Positions 45,486-56,538 of a stretch of 64,000 nt of DNA are shown here, in pieces. The DNA comes from Macrostomum lignano (lineage: Eukaryota): positions 196,427 through 260,426 of the forward strand of contig NIVC01001607.1 of NCBI GenBank assembly GCA_002269645.1, given 5' to 3'. The notes beneath the pieces are model-generated. The model was not told where the DNA came from. It searched no databases and saw only the letters and a list, made by a program, of their open reading frames with translations. A program made the translations under genes and the position numbers. The stretch's first letter is position 1. Every line of letters starts with the position of its first letter.

Positions 45486-48400
45486 ATGCTAGTTGACGAG
45501 GCAGAGCTCAAGCGTCTAGCGCCCAGCATTGATGAAGCCAAGCGTACGGCCTATGCCAGCCTGGCATTCCTGCTGTTTGGCCTGCTGTTTGTGCCAGTCT
45601 GGTGGCATCTGACAACCATTGAGAGACACCCACTGCCAGCTGACGAGATCAGCCGTCTGTATTACCGACAGCCAGAGCTGCAGGTGAGGTTCTCAGATAA
45701 CTAACTCAGACGCGTCTGACTCTGGGACCTGTGCTATGAAGCAATAATACAGGGGTTGTAGCCTAGTGGTCAGAGCGTCGGACTCACGACTTGAAGGTCG
45801 GGGGTTCGATTCTTGACTCACTCGGAACTATCTGTGTCCTTGAGCAAGACACTTCACTCTGCATTGCTTCAGCTCACCCAGCTGTAAAATGGGTGCCAGC
45901 ATTAGCTGGGGTAATTGAGGCTGTGTGTGGCGACCCCCAGTCCTTGGACTGAACAGCCGTACGCAGCCTTCAGATGCGCCGCGCAATAGCTGCGGCTGAG
46001 CTGTCGGTTGCACATCTGGCTCAATTGCGGCAGGTGTAATAAGTTATTATAATTATTATCAAGCAAGGTTCAAATTCAAGTGTTCAGGAGATTTTTGAAA
46101 GAGTCTAGGGGTGCAACAGTCAAGAGTGAGCGTGCTAACAAGCTAGTACCTGCCAGTACACCCTGTGTGAGCGTGTGTATGAGTGCAATCGGCAGAACTA
46201 CCAGGAAACTACATGGAAATAGTCACCGTATCCACACCTTCCACTGATTGAAGGTGGACCTGCGCGTTCTGAGCTTCGATCCGTGGCTTGAGCCCGGCGA
46301 CTTGGCCAGCCTGGAGCGGCAGCTGCTGGACCGCCTGGTGCCAGCCGGGCTGGACAGGCGGCGTCACGTGCAGCTGCGCTACAGAGCGACTGTCAGGCCG
46401 GCCACTCCGCACGAGACCGAACTGATGCGGTCTGCAGGCTCGGCTGCCGAGCTTGAAGACGGCCTGCTTCGATCGGCGTCTCCCAGCAGTGGTGGCGGCG
46501 GGGCTGCGTCTGCGGAATCGATGCTGACGATTTTGCTGCTGCCGAATTCGTCTCGCCTGCTGGAACCGCCGGCTTCCGTGGGGGGCGGCGGCGGCAACGG
46601 CAGGTGAGTTGAGTGAGAGAGGGAGAGAGCGGAGATCGAGGCATCCATGAAGTGTTCATGAAAATTGCCCTTTTCAGTTATGAAAATTGCTTTTGTTGTT
46701 CATATAAGAATCGCTTCAATCCGCTTTGACTCTGAGAATCGCCCGAATCTGCTCGGAGAATCGCCCAAATCCGCTTTGAGAATCGCCCCGATCCAACCGT
46801 GAAAATCGCCCCAATCAAATGGTGAGAATCACCCCGATCCGCCCTAAGAATCGCCCATATCCGCCCTGAGAATCGCCCGTATCCGCCCTGAGAATCGCCC
46901 ATATCCGCCCTGAGAATCGCCCCAATCCAACCCTGAGAATCGCCCCAATCCAACCCTGAGAATCGCCCCAATCCAACCCTAAGAATCGCCCCAATCAAAT
47001 GGTGAGAATCGCCCCAATCCAACCCTAAGAATCGCCCCAATCAAATGGTGAGAATCGCCCCAATCCAACCCTGAGAATCGCCCAATCCAACCCTGAGAAT
47101 CGCCTCAATCCAACTCTGAGAATCGCCCCAATATAACCGTGAGAATGGCCCTAATCCAACCCTGAAAATCGCCCCAATCCAACCTGAGAATCGCCCAATC
47201 CAACCCTGAGAATCGCCCAATCCAACCCTGAGAATCGCCTCAATCCAACTCTGAGAATCGCCCCAATATAACCGTGAGAATGGCCCTAATCCAACCCTGA
47301 AAATCGCCCCAATCCAACCCTGAGAATCGCCCCAATCCGACACTGAGAATCGCCCCAATCCAAACCTGAGAATCGCCCCAATCCAACCCTGAGAATCGCC
47401 TCAATCCAACCCTGAGAATCGCCCAATCCAACCCTGAGAATCGCCCCAATCCAACTCTGAGAATCGCCCCAATCCAACCCTGAGAATCGCCCCAATCCGA
47501 CACTGAGAATCGCCCCAATCCAACCCTGAGAATCGCCCCAATCCAACCCTGAAAATCGCCCAATCCAACCCTGAGAATCGCCCCAATCCAACCCTGAGAA
47601 TCGCCCCAATCCAGCCCTGAGAATCGCCTCAATCCAACCCTGAGAATCGCCCCAATCCAAACCTGAGAATCGCCCCAATCCAACCCTGAGAATCGCCTCA
47701 ATCCAACCCTGAGAATCGCCTCAATCCAACCCTGAGAATCGCCCCAATCCAGCCCTGAGATTGGCTGAGAATCGCCCCAATCCAGCCCTGAGAATCGCCT
47801 CAATCCAACCCTGAGAATCGCCCCAATCCAACCCTGAGAATCGCCCCAATCCAACCCTGAGAATCGCCCCAATCCAACCCTAAGAATCGCCCCAATCAAA
47901 TGGTGAGAATCGCCCCAATCCAACCCTGAGAATCGCCCCAATCCAAGCCTGAGAATCGCCCCAATCCAACCCTGAGAATCGCCTCAATCCAACCCTGAGA
48001 ATCGCCCCAATCCAAGCCTGAGAATCGCCCCAATCCAACCCTGAGAATCGCCTCAATCCAACCCTGAGAATCGCCCCAATCCAAGCCTGAGAATCGCCCC
48101 AATCCAACCCTGAGAATCGCCTCTATCCAACCCTGAGAATCGCCCCAATCCAAGCCTGAGAATCGCCCCAATCCAACCCTGAGAATCGCCTCAATCCAAC
48201 CCTGAGAATCGCCCCAATCCAACCCTGAGAATCGCCCCAATCCAACCCTGAGAATCGCCCCAATCCAACCCTAAGAATCGCCCCAATCAAATGGTGAGAA
48301 TCGCCCCAATCCAACCCTAAGAATCGCCCAATCAAATGGTGAGAATCGCCCCAATCCAACCCTGAGAATCGCCCAATCCAACCCTGAGAATCGCCCAATC

Positions 48401-51400
48401 CAACCCTGAGAATCGCCTCAATCCAACTCTGAGAATCGCCCCAATATAACCGTGAGAATGGCCCTAATCCAACCCTGAAAATCGCCCCAATCCAACCTGA
48501 GAATCGCCCAATCCAACCCTGAGAATCGCCCAATCCAACCCTGAGAATCGCCTCAATCCAACTCTGAGAATCGCCCCAATATAACCGTGAGAATGGCCCT
48601 AATCCAACCCTGAAAATCGCCCCAATCCAACCCTGAGAATCGCCCCAATCCGACACTGAGAATCGCCCCAATCCAAACCTGAGAATCGCCCCAATCCAAC
48701 CCTGAGAATCGCCTCAATCCAACCCTGAGAATCGCCCAATCCAACCCTGAGAATCGCCCCAATCCAACTCTGAGAATCGCCCCAATCCAACCCTGAGAAT
48801 CGCCCCAATCCGACACTGAGAATCGCCCCAATCCAACCCTGAGAATCGCCCCAATCCAACCCTGAAAATCGCCCAATCCAACCCTGAGAATCGCCCCAAT
48901 CCAACCCTGAGAATCGCCCCAATCCAGCCCTGAGAATCGCCTCAATCCAACCCTGAGAATCGCCCCAATCCAAACCTGAGAATCGCCCCAATCCAACCCT
49001 GAGAATCGCCTCAATCCAACCCTGAGAATCGCCTCAATCCAACCCTGAGAATCGCCCCAATCCAGCCCTGAGATTGGCTGAGAATCGCCCCAATCCAGCC
49101 CTGAGAATCGCCTCAATCCAACCCTGAGAATCGCCCCAATCCAACCCTGAGAATCGCCCCAATCCAACCCTGAGAATCGCCCCAATCCAACCCTAAGAAT
49201 CGCCCCAATCAAATGGTGAGAATCGCCCCAATCCAACCCTGAGAATCGCCCCAATCCAAGCCTGAGAATCGCCCCAATCCAACCCTGAGAATCGCCTCAA
49301 TCCAACCCTGAGAATCGCCCCAATCCAAGCCTGAGAATCGCCCCAATCCAACCCTGAGAATCGCCTCAATCCAACCCTGAGAATCGCCCCAATCCAAGCC
49401 TGAGAATCGCCCCAATCCAACCCTGAGAATCGCCTCTATCCAACCCTGAGAATCGCCCCAATCCAAGCCTGAGAATCGCCCCAATCCAACCCTGAGAATC
49501 GCCTCAATCCAACCTTGAGAATCGCCCCAATCCAACCCTGAGAATCGCCCCAATCCAACCCTGAGAATCGCCTCAATCCAGCCCTGAGAATCGCCACAGG
49601 CCTCATGTCACATCAAACAGACGCGGCTACGTTCGCGAGTCTGGCTGCGTCTACCTGAGCAGCGGCGCTGGCATCAAGGAGATTCGCGACAAAATCGAGC
49701 GAATCGTCACCCGAGTCCTACTGGACGTCGACGGCCTGGAAGAATCCTACGCCAGCGCTATTGGCGACCAGCGACTGTCCAGCGCCGATTCGCGCCGCCA
49801 GGCGGGCGCTGCGCCGGCCTACGACATCGTGCTGAGCCTGGCGCACAGCCAGCCTTCGAGCCAGCGCCGGCTGAGCTGGGACGTGCAGGAAGCCGTCAGG
49901 CTGCTGCTGGACCCGTTTCTGGCTCGACTGAGTCGCTACGTGAACTTGTCGGTTCGATCCCAGATCGTGCATCACGTGACCTTCCATCGACCACCTAAGA
50001 GGTTCGCTTTGCTGTTTATTGATGAGAGAAGTAAAGTAATAGTGTCTATTTGATGAGATAAGTGGAGAGTGAGACTCTCACTAATGAGATAAGTGGAGAG
50101 TGAGAGTCTCACTAATGAGATTAAGTGGTGAGTGAGAGTCTCACAAATGAGATAAGTGGAGAGTGAGAGTCTCACTAATGAGATAAGTGGAGAGTGAGAG
50201 TCTCACTAATGAGATTAAGTGGAGAGTGAGAGTCTCACTAATGAGATAAGTGGAGAGTGAGAGTCTCACTAATGAGATTAAGTGGAGAGTGAGAGTCTCA
50301 CTAATGAGATAAGTGGAGAGTGAGAGTCTCACTAATGAGATAAGTGGAGAGTGAGAGTCTCACTAATGAGATTAAGTGGAGAGTGAGAGTCTCACTAATG
50401 AGATAAGTGGAGAGTGAGAGTCTCACTAATGAGATAAGTGGAGAGTGAGAGTCTCACGAGAGCCCTTAAGACTCTTCAATCATTGTCGTCAGCATCCCTG
50501 TCTCGATCGCCCAGATCCTCAGACGGCAGCCACTACTATTACGATGAGTCAGCTCTGCCAGACTTACTAAACAGCCTGGAGCCCTACGTCCAGACAGCCG
50601 TGAGTTCGAATCCACAGCTCAGCCTGCTAATCTACGTGCCACCAGCCGCGCATTCACCGCTGCGACTCTACGGACCCGACGGTCGGCCTGTCAGCGTCAA
50701 CGCTCTGGTGAGCGCCCGCTGGGGCGGCGTGTACTTTTATAATCCGCCGTCTGGCGAGAGCTGGCCCAACGGTCGGCACCGGGTCAACATGACCGAGGCG
50801 ATGGCGGGCCTGCTGCCGCAGCTAAAAGCTCTTCTGGGACTGCGCAGACAGCTGCCAAGGATTTACCTGCCTTTGGAGCCGCCAGGATACAGTCAGGTGA
50901 GGGTGCTCTGTTGCTGGCCTGGGTGTATTGTAGATTGCTTTGAGCAGATTGAAGGTTAGCTTGACCAGATTGTATATTGGTTTGACCAGATTAAAGATTA
51001 CTTTGACCAGATTTTTGGTCTGACCAGATTGAATTTGCTCTGACCAGATTGTAGATTGTTTTGACCAAATTGAAGATTGCTTTGAACATATTGAAGGTTG
51101 GCTTGACCAGATTGTAGATTGGTTAGACCAATTGTAGATTGGTTTCAGCAGATTGTAGATTGGTTAGACCAGATTGTAGATTGGTTTCAGCAGATTGTAG
51201 ATTGGTTAGACCAGATTGTAGATTACTTTGGCCAGAATGAAGCTTGCTCTGACCAGATTGTAGATTGGTTAGACCAGATTGTAGATTACTTTGACCAGAT
51301 TGAAGCTTGCTATGACCAGATTGTAGATTGGTTTGAGCAGATTGAAGCTTGCTATGACCAGATTGTAGATTGGTTTGAGCAGATTGTAGGTTAATTTCAA

Positions 51401-51883
51401 TCGATATTATTTTTTTTCACAAAATTTGTTTGACCGAAGTGCAAATTGGTTTGACCAAATCTTCAGGTAACTCAATTGGAGCTCCGCCACTGGCTCCGCC
51501 GGCGCAGTCTGGAGAGCGCGGCGCGGACCAAGCTGGCCCTGCGCTCGCTGCTGCAGCTGCTGGACCGAGTGGAAAATATGGTTATTAGCGAGCGAGTTGC
51601 CGACCAGATTAGCGCCTCGGTTGGCGCCCTCAGTCTGGCGCTGGATAATCTGAGGATCGGCGGCCTAACTGAGGCTTTCGTGGCGGGCAAAGCGGCTTTG
51701 AAAAATTCTGAATCGGCCTTCTTCGATCACAGCTTGCTGCAGCTGCTGTACTTTCCTCAGGACCAGAAGTACGCCATCTATGTGCCCTACTTTCTGCCTG
51801 TCGGCATCTCCCTGATGGCATCTGGCCTGGCCGCTATCCGCCTGCTGAAGGCGCTGCAGGCCAAGAAGACCAAAGACGAATAG
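45486..51883 (+). CDS. PIGS: GPI transamidase subunit PIG-S; exons 45486-45683, 46254-46603, 49600-50001, 50515-50896, 51467-51883
   Basis: N-terminal TM segment ...VPVWWHLTTIERHPLP; WDVQEAV...PFL..LS.YVN.SV.SQI; VSARWGGV; C-terminal SESAFFDHSLLQLLYFPQDQKYAIYVPYFLP. All four introns are GT-AG with consistent phases (0, 2, 2, 0). Confidence 0.92.
45752..46058 (+). mobile_element. tRNA-derived SINE with a CORE(MIR)-like central domain, in PIGS intron 1
   Basis: A box TAGCCTAGTGG, B box GGTTCGATTC, then GTGTCCTTGAGCAAGACACTT...CTGTAAAATGGG resembling the CORE domain, and a TAA/TTA-rich tail. Three copies occur in the window. Confidence 0.8.
46708..49596. repeat. 23-bp minisatellite (GAGAATCGCCCCAATCCAACCCT) filling PIGS intron 2, with a 1313-bp higher-order duplication
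   Basis: Visible units; identical track ORFs at 47240/48553 and 47880/49193 are offset by 1313. Confidence 0.95.
50054..50457. repeat. 31-32-bp minisatellite (GAGATAAGTGGAGAGTGAGAGTCTCACTAAT) in PIGS intron 3
   Basis: Visible units with internal inverted repeat AGTGAGA-G-TCTCACT. Confidence 0.95.
50920..51390. repeat. ~21-bp degenerate minisatellite (GACCAGATTGTAGATTGGTTT) in PIGS intron 4
   Basis: Visible units. Confidence 0.9.
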
Positions 51884-51886
51884 CGG

Positions 51887-52520
51887 AATAGGGGTGGGTG
51901 GAATGGTAGAGTGGTTGGGTAGAGTGGGTGAAATGGCAGAGTGGTTGGGTAGATCGGGCCGGGGGTGGGTGAAATGGTAGAATGGGGTGGAATGGTAGGG
52001 TGTATGGAATGGTAGAGTGGGGTGGAATGATAGAGTGGGGGTGGATTGGTAGAGTGGGGTGGAATGGTAGAGTGGGGGTGGAATGGTAGAGGGGGTGGAA
52101 TGGTAGAGTGGGGTGGAATGGTAGAGTGAGGTGGAATGGTAGAGTGGGGGGAATGGTAGAGGGGGTGGAATGGTAGAGTGGGGGTGGAATGGTAGAGTGG
52201 GGGGAATGGTAGAGTGGGGGTGGAATGGTAGAGTGGGGGTGGATTGGTAGAGTGAGGTGGAATGGTAGAGTGGGGGGAATGGTAGAGTGGGGGTGGAATG
52301 GTAGAGTGGGGGTGGAATGGTAGAGTGGGGGGAATGGTAGAGTGGGGGTGGAATGGTAGAGTGGGGGTGGATTGGTAGAGTGAGGTGGAATGGTAGAGTG
52401 GGGGGAATGGTAGAGTGGGGGGAATGGTAGAGTGGGGGTGGAATGGTAGAGGGGGTGGAATGGTAGAGTGGTTGAGTAGAGTCGGGATGGACTGGTAGTG
52501 GTTGGGTAGAGTGGGGAAGT
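51887..52520. repeat. G/A-rich ~20-bp repeat (GGAATGGTAGAGTGGGGGT) starting immediately after the PIGS stop codon
   Basis: Visible units; almost no C on the + strand. Confidence 0.9.
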
Positions 52521-53429
52521 GAGGGAGTTGATTGGAATGGGGATTTATTGAAGTGCTGTCACAGCTCCTGAATGTAAGGAATGTAAGGATGTGGAACATC
52601 ACATCATCATTCGGCTATATTGTTTTCTTGGAACTGTTTTCCTTCTACTAAACTTTGCTGTCTGCTGTGTACAGTTCTCTATGACTTTGCCTTTCCCTAC
52701 TTACCTGTTTTTGTAACCAAAGTGTTTAAATAATCTGTTAAACTGCGAACTGACTACTATTAGTAAAATACTGTTGCTGAAAATACTCTATACACTCTTC
52801 TTCGTGCCAATGATTAGCTTCTAATTTGGTTCACGATTGCAATTTAGGCATTAGTGTTTTCTAATTTTTTCTTATTATAGTGTAGTCCTCTCTGGCATTT
52901 TTATTGCTTCTTGTTAGCCAGTTCACTTGTTGAGATACAATGTAAGGATTACCGGTTAATTACCTGTTAATTAACCTGCCAAGTATGAATTTTAAGCTTG
53001 AGTTTTTTATTAATTTTAAATATTTGCTTCATAAGATTGCATGTCACAGGTTGTGTGCATATACAAGCGACGTGTAAATTAGGCAATAGACACCAGGGTC
53101 CTGTTGACTGTGCTCAAAAGACCACAAGTGGAGGAAAGGCTACTCAGGGTACTCATACCTACCACAGATACTAGGGACTTACTGCTACTAAGCATTGCAG
53201 CAGTTTCATCTGCGGATTCCAGTTGCTGTGGTACCTATGAAAGGACACAGGTACGTGTAAGAATCATCCCTAACTAAGCGACTCTAAGAGGTCCGTGGCC
53301 CCTGCTCAGCCCTGTGAGCAAGTGGAATAGGAAGTAGGGAGGAACCCGAGACAACCTGGCCAAGAGGAATTGGGAGCAACCAACCGCCACTGCCACTCAA
53401 TGCAAAGCAACAATGGAACGAAAGGGCCA

Positions 53430-55336
53430 CACAGCTATCTTGAAGACCAGTTAAGTGACAAAAAAATTGCCCAAAAAACGGGTTGTGTTTTCAAAAACAA
53501 TGCACCACTAGAAGTTTCTATATAAATTTTCAAAATGATTTTGCGAGATATTTTTATTTTATTGCATGTTTTTACTTTTACAATGATTTCTGTGCTGAAA
53601 TTATAGCATCTGTGGTCTGGTAGTTAAGGGTTACTTGTATAATGTATAGCATACGTATAATTTTTGATCAAACATATCAATACATAAATTAGTAAACTTC
53701 ATTAAATGAAAAATGGTGAATAATATTAGACTTTCAATAACATTTTGATAGAAAATCACCTTTACCTTTAAAAATAGTTATCAACTAAAAGCAACTTGTT
53801 TACTGGTGCCGTGAGTTGTACACAATTGTGCATTTCAGCAGCTGCTTGCTGTACTGTGCACTCGTTTTCGCCACTTTGTAGCTGCTGTCCCAGAGGCGAC
53901 TGAAGTCCGCATGCACAGCCTCACTTGCCTGCTCCGACCAGAATCCAAGGCCATGCAGAGCTGATCCAGGCATTTGCGGCTGGTTGCGAAGAAATAGAGC
54001 AACATGCTCAAAGACAGCATGGACTTTAGGGCTGACAGGAATGCCAACATCCTTGTAGGCCGCAGCAAATGCCTTTATTGCTGCATCGTAGCCGTCTAGA
54101 AGCACCAGTCCAAAACAAGTCCTACAGACTTCACGAAAGGTGCGAAGGGCTTGTACAATAGGCATGGCTGCTATGGCACCGCAGTCTTGCAGCATTTGCT
54201 CAAGTGAGTCGACACTGTTTAGCAGCTTGCTGCAGTGGTTGCCAGTAAACTGCCCACCTTGATATGGTGCCTGCCAGATGTTTAAACGATTAGCAAAGTC
54301 CTGTGCTCGTATTGTACAGTTGGAGATTGACTGTAATTGAGAATCAAGCTCCTTGAACAGCCGATTGACAATACCTAGCATCAAGTGCAACTCCATTGGA
54401 GGCACAACGTTGATCACCAAAGTCTTGTCTGGAAAATCAAGCAGCGGCATTCTAACACAATTCTTGAACCTGGCAGCCGAGTGCCTTGTGCTACTTGTCT
54501 GCTGCACCAGCTCTTGGTAGCTATTAGCATTCTGTCTTATGCTGCCAAATGACCGCAAGGGAACTTCATGATGCATGCTACAGAATTCTTTGCAGTTCAA
54601 CTCGCACCATGGACAGGGGTGACTGCTGCTGGCACACTGGAGGCCAAGTAGTGTGTTAGCCATCTTCATGTCAACAGCAAGACTGAAGCGTACCTGTTGC
54701 AGTCTCAGAAGGTCCAGGACAGCCTTGATGTTGAAGTAGGACTCTCGAACATCTTCGACAATTGCAAGGATCAGCAGTTTTTTTCACTCCACTATCACAG
54801 AAACGAGAACTGCATGCGGCAACAGAATAGCTTGTTTTTGTTTTAGGTTGTTGCTCTGCTCCAATTTGCACAATAGTGAGACAGACCTTCAAGAAGTTGC
54901 CTCCTCCATCTATGCCAATTTTAACTTCAAAGTTTTCTTCTTCAATGCAGCAGTGGTACAGAAGGCTATCAATGAGTCCCTCCGGGTCCTTGCAGTATAC
55001 AACGTGTCTCATCTCTGTTGCTGCATCCTTCCCAGTCTAATATTATTCACCATTTTTCATTTAATGAAGTTTACTAATTTATGTATTGATATGTTTGATC
55101 AAAAATTATACGTATGCAATACATTATACAAGTAACCCTCAACTACCAGACCACAGATACTATAATTTCAGCACAGAAATCATTGTAAAAGTAAAAACAT
55201 GCAATAAAATAAAAATATCTCGCAAAATCATTTTGAAAATTTATATAAAAACTTCTAGTGGTGCATTGTTTTTGAAAACACAACCCGTCTTTTGGGCAAT
55301 TTTTTTGTCACTTAACTGGTCTTCAGGATAGCTGTG
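53430..55336 (-). mobile_element. Internally deleted Chapaev/Transib-like DNA transposon (1.9 kb) with 303-bp TIRs
   Basis: TIRs 53430-53732 and 55034-55336 (about 6 mismatches), termini CACAG...CTGTG, flanking direct repeat GCCA (GGCCA if the last G is counted). Confidence 0.85.
53800..55030 (-). pseudogene. Transposase core lacking its N-terminus, with a frameshift near 54785
   Basis: KIGIDGGG (D1), LAVDMKMANTLLGLQ (D2), HPCPWC, PPMELHLMLG, SPKVHAVFEH, LGFWSEQASEAVHADF (E). This motif order is typical of Chapaev/Transib (RAG1-related) transposases. Confidence 0.75.
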
Positions 55337-55794
55337 GCCAAGCTAGGCTGGCAGAACCAGGGCGATCAACTGCAAAAAGAAACTATCGAACCAGCAAAGA
55401 CTAAGAGAGAAGAGTAGGTAAAGTGGCCTTGCGGAGGCTGCGGCAAGGCCATGGGAAGCAATTCATCACGTGTTAGGAGCACACGTCAGCAGATGCATAC
55501 ACACTAGTAGTACACTTCTATATGAGTAAATGAAGTGCAGAGGCGCAAGGCAAGGAAGACTTCCATGCAGTGTCTGGGACGGCGAAGGTGACAATGCAAA
55601 GACCAACAAGAGAGACGGCCTTGGCAACTAGACAGACAATTTAAAAGAGCTACATGTAACGATCGAGGAAGTTAAGAGTTTCTGCGCTTTGTGTGCGACC
55701 GATTGAGACTGTGAATTCGCAGTGCGCATGAGGATCTGACTAGGGTGGAAGAAGTTCATCTTGCTTGTCTTCCAGGTGGGCAGTGCGCAGCTAC

Positions 55795-56110
55795 AATCCC
55801 CAAACTTCACAATATCCGAGCTTCACAATCCCCAAACTTCACAATATCCGAGCTTCACAATCCCCAAACTTCACAAATATCCAAGACTCACAATATCCAA
55901 ACTTCACAACCACCAAACTTCACAAATATCCAAGACCCACAATATCCAAACTTCACAATCCCCAAACTTCACAAATATCCAAGACCCACAATATCCAAAC
56001 TTCACAATCCCCAAACTTCACAAATATCCAAGACTCACAATATCCAAACTTCACAACCACCAAACTTCACAAATATCCAAGACCCACAATATCCAAACTT
56101 CACAATGCAC
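55795..56110. repeat. C/A-rich composite minisatellite (CACAATATCCAAACTTCACAATCCCCAAACTTCACAAATATCCAAGAC)
   Basis: Visible units. Confidence 0.9.
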
Positions 56111-56538
56111 AAAGTTCACAATAACTAAATAGCCAGAAATGACGTAACTTAAGGAGCTGTGTCAAATAGAGTTGTTTTATTATTTCAATCTAAACTTATT
56201 GTATATGTTGTATAGATTTAAGGCTTAAAAGCGAAGAAAATTAATTACAAATAAATACGACAGAGATAAAAAACTTTAAAAATTCGGGAGTTCCTTGTAC
56301 GAGGCAATATTTGTTCAATTAGGAACAGAAAAATTTTTACTGAGCATACTACTTCATAGCTACAGTACATGTATGCATTAATATGCAATCTAAAGGAATC
56401 TTCAATAGAAACTGCACTACTGTAGCTGCGATAGAGAAAGTAAGCATGTTTAAATAAGTTTAAATAGCTTTAAAAAGTAAGTACAGTAAGTATAATCTGG
56501 CCTGCATAATGTCGATGAGAAAAGACTGACTGCTCATG

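Noticed and set aside
45752-45824. Functional tRNA gene
   Set aside because: The acceptor stem does not pair properly and the sequence continues into a SINE body repeated elsewhere in the window.
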